NCBI GenBank assembly: GCA_002424365.1 | Contig: DIRQ01000032.1 | Span: 80,245 to 144,244, forward strand | Length of the DNA stretch: 64,000 bases | From: Syntrophomonas sp. UBA5432 | GTDB taxonomy: Bacteria > Bacillota > Syntrophomonadia > Syntrophomonadales > Syntrophomonadaceae | Direction of reading: 5' to 3' | Part shown: in pieces, positions 58,838 to 64,000 of the stretch | Layout of the letters: each line of letters starts with the position of its first letter | Numbering within the stretch: position 1 is the first letter of the stretch | The notes under the pieces: model-generated | Told to the model about the DNA's origin: nothing | The model's input: the letters and a program-made list of their open reading frames with translations, nothing else | The model's database searches: none | Position numbers and translations under genes: made by a program

Positions 58838-59788
58838 TTGAAGAGGATACTGTTGGTTTGCACCGGTAATACCTGCCGCAGTCCCATGGCACAGGCTATT
58901 TTAACCAGACTCCTGCAAAGCAGTGGAACAGGAGTAGAAGAATACGAGGTATTAAGTGCCGGATTAAATACTGTCGACGGATTATCTACTAGTCCTGAGG
59001 CAGTGAAAACCATGGCTGATGAAGGTATAGATATCACCCACCATAAATCCCGCCAACTTGACGCTGGTCTAATTCTTAATGCTGATTATATTCTTACTAT
59101 GACTTGTACCCAGCGTAACTATCTGCAGGAGAAGTTTTTGGATAAAGCTCCGTTAATCTACACTATTCATGAATTTGCCGGGGAAGACGATAAAGATATA
59201 ATTGACCCTTTGGGCAGGGGCTTGGAAGCTTATCAGGAATGTGCCAGGCAGTTTAAAGATTTACTACCCCGGGTTCTTAATAAAATACAAGGTTTGGAAA
59301 AGTCCGACCAGGAAAAACGTAAGCTGGTTATAGGTGGTGACCATGCTGGTTTGGAACTCAAAAACATATTGATAAAGACTCTGGAATCCGAGAATTATGA
59401 GATTTTAGACTGTGGTACCTTTTCTACTGAATCAGTGGATTACCCGGATTTTGCTGAGAAAGTAGCAGCAGTAGTTCTGAAACAAAAAATTACGGGCATT
59501 ATAATTTGTGGGACCGGTATAGGTATTTCCATTGCTGCTAATAAAATTCCGGGGATACGGGCTGCCCTCTGCTATAACCTGGAGACAGCCAGGTTAGCCC
59601 GGGAGCACAACGATGCTAATATTATTGCACTGGGAGCCCGGATGTTGGATACCCAACTGGCTATAGATGTAGTTAAGACTTTTCTGGTTACCGAATTTGC
59701 TGCCGGAAGGCACCGGCGCCGGGTAGAAAAGATAATACAAATGGAGAAAAATTGTTTGGAAGGAGCTAAACCGGGTGGATTATATTGA
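58838..59788 (+). CDS. rpiB: fusion protein: low-molecular-weight protein (arginine/tyrosine) phosphatase YwlE-like + ribose-5-phosphate isomerase B
   Basis: One continuous 316-aa ORF. N-terminal [12 protein letters not shown]-loop with a DP motif. From about residue 165, [10 protein letters not shown]...[14 protein letters not shown] (RpiB catalytic Cys). Confidence 0.85.
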   Translation: MKRILLVCTGNTCRSPMAQAILTRLLQSSGTGVEEYEVLSAGLNTVDGLSTSPEAVKTMADEGIDITHHKSRQLDAGLILNADYILTMTCTQRNYLQEKFLDKAPLIYTIHEFAGEDDKDIIDPLGRGLEAYQECARQFKDLLPRVLNKIQGLEKSDQEKRKLVIGGDHAGLELKNILIKTLESENYEILDCGTFSTESVDYPDFAEKVAAVVLKQKITGIIICGTGIGISIAANKIPGIRAALCYNLETARLAREHNDANIIALGARMLDTQLAIDVVKTFLVTEFAAGRHRRRVEKIIQMEKNCLEGAKPGGLY

Positions 59789-61025
59789 GAAATATGTAAA
59801 GCCTGTAGACCCAGATGTTGCTGCAGCTATTCAACAAGAAGAACTGCGCCAGAATTACAAACTGGAGCTGATTGCATCGGAGAACTTTGTTTCACGGGCA
59901 GTAATGGCAGCCCAGGGTTGTGTAATGACCAATAAGTATGCCGAAGGTTATCCGGGTAAAAGGTATTACGGAGGCTGTGAAAACGTAGATGTGGTAGAGG
60001 AGTTGGCTCGGGAAAGGGCAAAAAAGATTTTTGGCTGTGAACACGTTAATGTCCAATCCCACTCAGGAGCTCAGGCTAACACAGCAGTATACTTTGCTGC
60101 GGTAAAGCCAGGAGATAGTATATTAGGAATGAACCTCAGCCATGGGGGGCATTTGACTCATGGAAGCAAAGTTAATATATCAGGTAAATATTTTAACTTT
60201 GCCGAATATGGGGTAAGCTCTGAGACTGAAACCATTGATTATAATCAGGTTGAAGAAATTGCCCGGCAGGTAAAACCAAAGCTCATTGTGGCCGGGGCCA
60301 GCGCTTATCCTCGAATTATCGATTTTGCAAAATTCAAAGAAATTGCTGATGAAGTAGGTGCATTACTGTTTGTAGATATGGCTCACATAGCCGGCTTGGT
60401 AGCAGCGGGACTCCATCCCAGTCCAGTACCGTATGCTGATTTTGTTACTACGACTACCCATAAGACCTTACGGGGACCACGAGGCGGTATGATTATGTGT
60501 AAAAATGAGTGGGCGAGAAAGATTGACAGTGCTGTATTTCCAGGCATCCAGGGAGGACCACTAATGCATGTTATTGCTGCTAAAGCAATTTGCTTTAAGG
60601 AAGCTTTGAGCAGTGATTTTGTTGATTACCAGCGTAGTATTATAGAAAATGCTAAAGCCCTTGCTTTCAGCCTGGTAGAAAACGGTTTGCGTTTAGTTTC
60701 CGGGGGAACTGATAACCACCTTATGCTGGTAGACGTAAGGCCAAAAAAACTTAACGGTAGTGAGGCTGAGGCTATACTAGAATCCGTTAATATTACTGTT
60801 AACAAAAACGGTATTCCCTTTGATCCGGAAAAACCAACTGTAACCAGTGGTATAAGAATAGGTACTCCGGCGTTAACCAGCAGGGGAATGAAAAGTGAAG
60901 ATATGCGAGAAATAGGTAATATCATAGCCATGGCGTTAAACGATCCGGCAGATGATAAAGTACTCGCAGAGGCCAGGAACAAAGTAGCAAAACTTTGTGA
61001 TAGATTTCCGTTGTATGAAGTATAA
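59775..61025 (+). CDS. glyA: serine hydroxymethyltransferase
   Basis: [32 protein letters not shown] (PLP lysine). GTG start overlaps the rpiB fusion by 14 nt. Confidence 0.96.
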   Translation: MDYIEKYVKPVDPDVAAAIQQEELRQNYKLELIASENFVSRAVMAAQGCVMTNKYAEGYPGKRYYGGCENVDVVEELARERAKKIFGCEHVNVQSHSGAQANTAVYFAAVKPGDSILGMNLSHGGHLTHGSKVNISGKYFNFAEYGVSSETETIDYNQVEEIARQVKPKLIVAGASAYPRIIDFAKFKEIADEVGALLFVDMAHIAGLVAAGLHPSPVPYADFVTTTTHKTLRGPRGGMIMCKNEWARKIDSAVFPGIQGGPLMHVIAAKAICFKEALSSDFVDYQRSIIENAKALAFSLVENGLRLVSGGTDNHLMLVDVRPKKLNGSEAEAILESVNITVNKNGIPFDPEKPTVTSGIRIGTPALTSRGMKSEDMREIGNIIAMALNDPADDKVLAEARNKVAKLCDRFPLYEV

Positions 61026-61052
61026 TTAGAATGAATCGTTGGGGAGAGCGAG

Positions 61053-61367
61053 ATGGAGACTAAAACATTATCATTGCCCAGGCTTAACCAATTAAATCCA
61101 ACCTTGGAGTCAACTGCACTTAAACTCATGGAGGAGACTGGTGAACTGGCTCAGGCTATTGGCAAGTTTAGAGGTTTAAGTGGAGAAAAGATTAGTATGG
61201 ACGAAGGCGTAGTAGTTAAGGAAATAGCACGGGAACTGCTTGATGTAGCCCAAACTGCTGTAACCATGATGTTTGTTATGGAAGAGCAATTTGGGATAGA
61301 TATAGATAGTGTTCTCTGGGAACATCACCAAAAACTGGAACGCAAAGGATACTTGCTCCGAGGATAA
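61053..61367 (+). CDS. MazG-like nucleotide pyrophosphohydrolase domain protein
   Basis: 104 aa. EETGELAQAI ... ELLDVAQ (EExxE...ExxD pattern). Confidence 0.65.
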   Translation: METKTLSLPRLNQLNPTLESTALKLMEETGELAQAIGKFRGLSGEKISMDEGVVVKEIARELLDVAQTAVTMMFVMEEQFGIDIDSVLWEHHQKLERKGYLLRG

Positions 61368-61619
61368 AATACAATTCGACAAAATATAACATAAAAAGCT
61401 ACGATTCTCTAAAGGAGTTTGCTTGGTAGTGCTCGAAATAAACTTACTTATTGAGTATGTTAGAGTATTCACTAGAACAACTAGATCTCTACAGGGGCAA
61501 TTGATTAAAGCAAAAAACAGTTAAATTTTTAATGAAAATTAAAAAAGGATTTTGCCCGTTTATGACGAATAACGAAGAGGGGGGTTAAGCCTCGCTGCTA
61601 GTCGGGCAAGGTGCACATT

Positions 61620-61877
61620 ATGACACAACGTCAAAAAAAACACTGGGCGCGCGCTTTGAGCGATGCGATTAATATGGTCACTACCACTGCCGCTGCTGTA
61701 GCTATCTGTGGCTATGGCGGGTACTGGTTGGATGGTAAACTGGGTACAGACCGATGGTTAACGCTTCTTGGGGTCTTACTTGGAATAGCAACTGGTATTA
61801 AGGTTATGTGGGACAAAATGTCGACCAGTCAGACCACGTTTTCTCGGGAAGAAAGTCAGGACAAAGACAAGAGTTAA
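61620..61877 (+). CDS. AtpZ/AtpI-family small membrane protein preceding the ATP synthase operon
   Basis: About 85 aa, two TM helices with G-rich faces, directly upstream of atpB. Confidence 0.6.
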   Translation: MTQRQKKHWARALSDAINMVTTTAAAVAICGYGGYWLDGKLGTDRWLTLLGVLLGIATGIKVMWDKMSTSQTTFSREESQDKDKS

Positions 61878-61991
61878 CTAAGGAAATCACCCGGAGCCGG
61901 GTGGCCTGCTGGCTCAGGTTGAAGTTTTTGTGTCACTCCGGTAGGGGCTGACAAAAAACGAAAATTCAATTAGGAGGGGGGGAGAAAGATA

Positions 61992-62675
61992 ATGATCTTT
62001 GGTATGTTTGATGGCACCCTATTTTATGTGGGCCCAATTCCGGTCGACCATCTGGTTGTTACTGAATGGGTTCTTATTGCATTAATAGGCACTATCGGCT
62101 ATTTTGCCACGAGAAATATGCAGATGGTTCCCCGCGGATTACAAAATGCCTTTGAAGCAATCATCATTTGGACCTATGATTTTTTCACCCAATTGATGGA
62201 TAAAGAGCATGTGGCTAAAAAGTGGGCTCCCCTGCTAACTGCATTTTTCCTGTTTATTCTGTGCAGTAACTATAGCGGCCTGGTACCTGGTGCAGCAAAT
62301 ATTCCGGGTTATCAGCCTCCAACCAGTAACTGGAACGTGACTATGACATTGGCCTTAATCACGTTCTTTTCTGTTCACGTAGCAGGCATAAGTGAACATG
62401 GAGGTCACTACTTTAAGCACTTCGTGAGTCCAAGCCCGGCAATGTTACCATTAAATCTGATTGAAGAGGTGGCACATCCGTTGTCCCTCACCGTCCGTCT
62501 ATTCGGTAACATATTTGGTGAAGAAATGGTTATAGCGTTCTTGCTATTCCTGGCACCATTTATTATTCCATCAGCTATAATGGGTCTCAGTTTGCTGCTG
62601 GGTGCTATCCAGGCCATAGTGTTTACTATCCTGTCGGCTAGTTATATAGCTGCTGCTACAGGAGAGGGGCACTAA
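61992..62675 (+). CDS. atpB: F0F1 ATP synthase subunit a
   Basis: 227 aa. Conserved LSLTVRLFGNIFGEE (essential Arg). Confidence 0.94.
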   Translation: MIFGMFDGTLFYVGPIPVDHLVVTEWVLIALIGTIGYFATRNMQMVPRGLQNAFEAIIIWTYDFFTQLMDKEHVAKKWAPLLTAFFLFILCSNYSGLVPGAANIPGYQPPTSNWNVTMTLALITFFSVHVAGISEHGGHYFKHFVSPSPAMLPLNLIEEVAHPLSLTVRLFGNIFGEEMVIAFLLFLAPFIIPSAIMGLSLLLGAIQAIVFTILSASYIAAATGEGH

Positions 62676-62699
62676 GTATAAACTTATATATTATTTTAA

Positions 62700-62963
<264 letters not shown>

Positions 62964-62991
62964 ATTCTTAAAAGGTATACACATCACTAAG

Positions 62992-63049
62992 ATTTGGGCG
63001 ATAGAGCAAAGGCTAATTTACAATTTAATACGGCTCTATCGCCCCAAAT
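62992..63049 (+). other. strong intercistronic hairpin between atpE and atpF
   Basis: ATTTGGGCGATAGAGC (62992-63007) pairs with GCTCTATCGCCCCAAAT (63033-63049). 16 bp with one bulge, 25-nt loop, no T-run. Confidence 0.7.
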
Positions 63050-63082
63050 ACTATTTGCTCTTAGATTGGAGGTAGCACATCC

Positions 63083-63700
63083 GTGAGAAGGAACAAAAGA
63101 TATTATACAGCGGTGCTCCTTTTGACCATGGTAATGGTTCTGGGATTTGCAACCTTCTGCATGGCGTCGGGAGGCAATATGCCGATCAATCAACCTGGAA
63201 GCGAAACCCCCCGCTTTGGGAACTGGTTTGTGATTGGCTGGACGGCGATAAACTTCTTCGTTTTAGTCGCCCTTTTATACAAATTTGCCTACAACCCGAT
63301 CAATGCAATGTTAGACCAGCGTTCTAACACCATTGAGAGTTCTCTAAAGCATGCAGAAGAAGTCAAAATCGAAGTGGAACAGATGAGAAAAGAAACCCAG
63401 AGCAACCTGGCAGAATCTCGTAAAGAAGCGCAGGAAATTGTAGCACGGGCAACCAAGGCAGCTGATGATGCTAAAAATGAAATCATCAACAAGGCCAAGG
63501 AAGATGCTACAAACATTAAAAACAAAGCCACCGCTGAAATTCAGGCTGCTACTGAGCAGGCCAAGGTCGAGCTGAAAGATACGGCTGCAGCTCTCGCCTT
63601 GTTTGCAGCAGAAAAGGTCCTGAATAGAGCTATTACCGATGATGACCACAAGAACATGGTTAAACAATTTGTTAATGAGGCGGGCGATCTATTATGTTAA
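63083..63700 (+). CDS. atpF: F0F1 ATP synthase subunit b (start uncertain: GTG 63083 or ATG 63179)
   Basis: TM helix WFVIGWTAINFFVLVALLY followed by a long charged helix. The long form adds a second N-terminal hydrophobic segment. The internal ATG at 63179 follows GGGAGG and would give a canonical protein of about 173 aa. Confidence 0.88.
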   Translation: MRRNKRYYTAVLLLTMVMVLGFATFCMASGGNMPINQPGSETPRFGNWFVIGWTAINFFVLVALLYKFAYNPINAMLDQRSNTIESSLKHAEEVKIEVEQMRKETQSNLAESRKEAQEIVARATKAADDAKNEIINKAKEDATNIKNKATAEIQAATEQAKVELKDTAAALALFAAEKVLNRAITDDDHKNMVKQFVNEAGDLLC

Positions 63701-64000
63701 ATAAGAGCGTTGCCAGGCGCTATGCCGAAGCTTTTTTTACCATTGCCCGGGAGAATAACAAAATAGATGAGTATCAGCAGGAACTGGAAAAGATAGTCGC
63801 AACGTTTAAAGAAGTAGAGAATCTGGAAGCCTACTTCTCCCATCTTCTAATCCCTGCCAAAGATAAGAGGGATGTTGCGAGTAAGATATTTACCAGTCAT
63901 GTTTCTCAACTAACATTAAACTTCCTGTATATGATCATCGATAAACGCCGGGAATCATATTTGGAGTCTATTGTTGAAGAATATCAGGAAATGGCTGATG
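63694..64000 (+). CDS. atpH: F0F1 ATP synthase subunit delta (OSCP), N-terminal part; continues beyond the window
   Basis: ATG at 63694 overlaps the atpF stop (ATGTTAA). MLNKSVARRYAEAFFTIARE... is a typical delta-subunit start. Confidence 0.85.
   Translation, partial: MLNKSVARRYAEAFFTIARENNKIDEYQQELEKIVATFKEVENLEAYFSHLLIPAKDKRDVASKIFTSHVSQLTLNFLYMIIDKRRESYLESIVEEYQEMAD

Noticed and set aside
60626-61129. 167-aa ORF on the minus strand.
   Set aside because: It is antisense to the highly conserved glyA 3' half, with a Ser/Leu-rich translation. Shadow ORF.

Overview
64-kb chromosomal segment of a moderately AT-rich Gram-positive bacterium. Gene content and order suggest a spore-forming anaerobic member of Clostridia, possibly Peptococcaceae or Desulfotomaculum-like; this is an inference, not a database match. 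The backbone is the conserved Firmicute housekeeping arrangement: trxB end, murA, htrA-like, rlmH, asnS, glnS, argS, a short rpoE-like gene, pyrG, spo0F-like, fba, tal, glpX, rho, rpmE, prfA, prmC, tsaC/sua5, mntP, a ywlE-rpiB fusion, glyA, and the start of the atp operon (atpZ/I, B, E, F, H). Interspersed with it are: (1) a molybdate cluster, made of an HTH-PBP regulator, modABC, a molybdenum-storage-like kinase-fold protein and a TOBE/Mop protein; (2) a HlyD/ABC/ABC-2/TetR efflux operon; (3) a GGDEF cyclase and an HD-GYP phosphodiesterase; (4) two radical SAM enzymes; (5) cell-wall genes (VanX-like, FemAB, alr, LysM-M23). I found no rRNA, tRNA, CRISPR array, transposase, integrase or recognisable defence system. 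The most unusual signal is at nucleotide level. A bipartite family of intergenic repeats, which I do not recognise as a named family, occurs at least 9-10 times in both orientations. Module 1 is about 90 nt; module 2 is about 60-70 nt. Some copies form long hairpins. One copy carries a GC-rich structured insert directly in front of the HD-GYP gene. Secondary observations: tandem leaderless SbsA-Ig-like proteins with a duplicated promoter; an M1-peptidase homologue that has lost both zinc-binding histidines; two genes that seem to need non-canonical start codons; a Gln-rich ORF absent from the ORF track; a delta-subunit homologue without an acidic tail; and a strong hairpin inside the atp operon. 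All coordinates, motifs and alignments were read by eye. No searches or computations were run.
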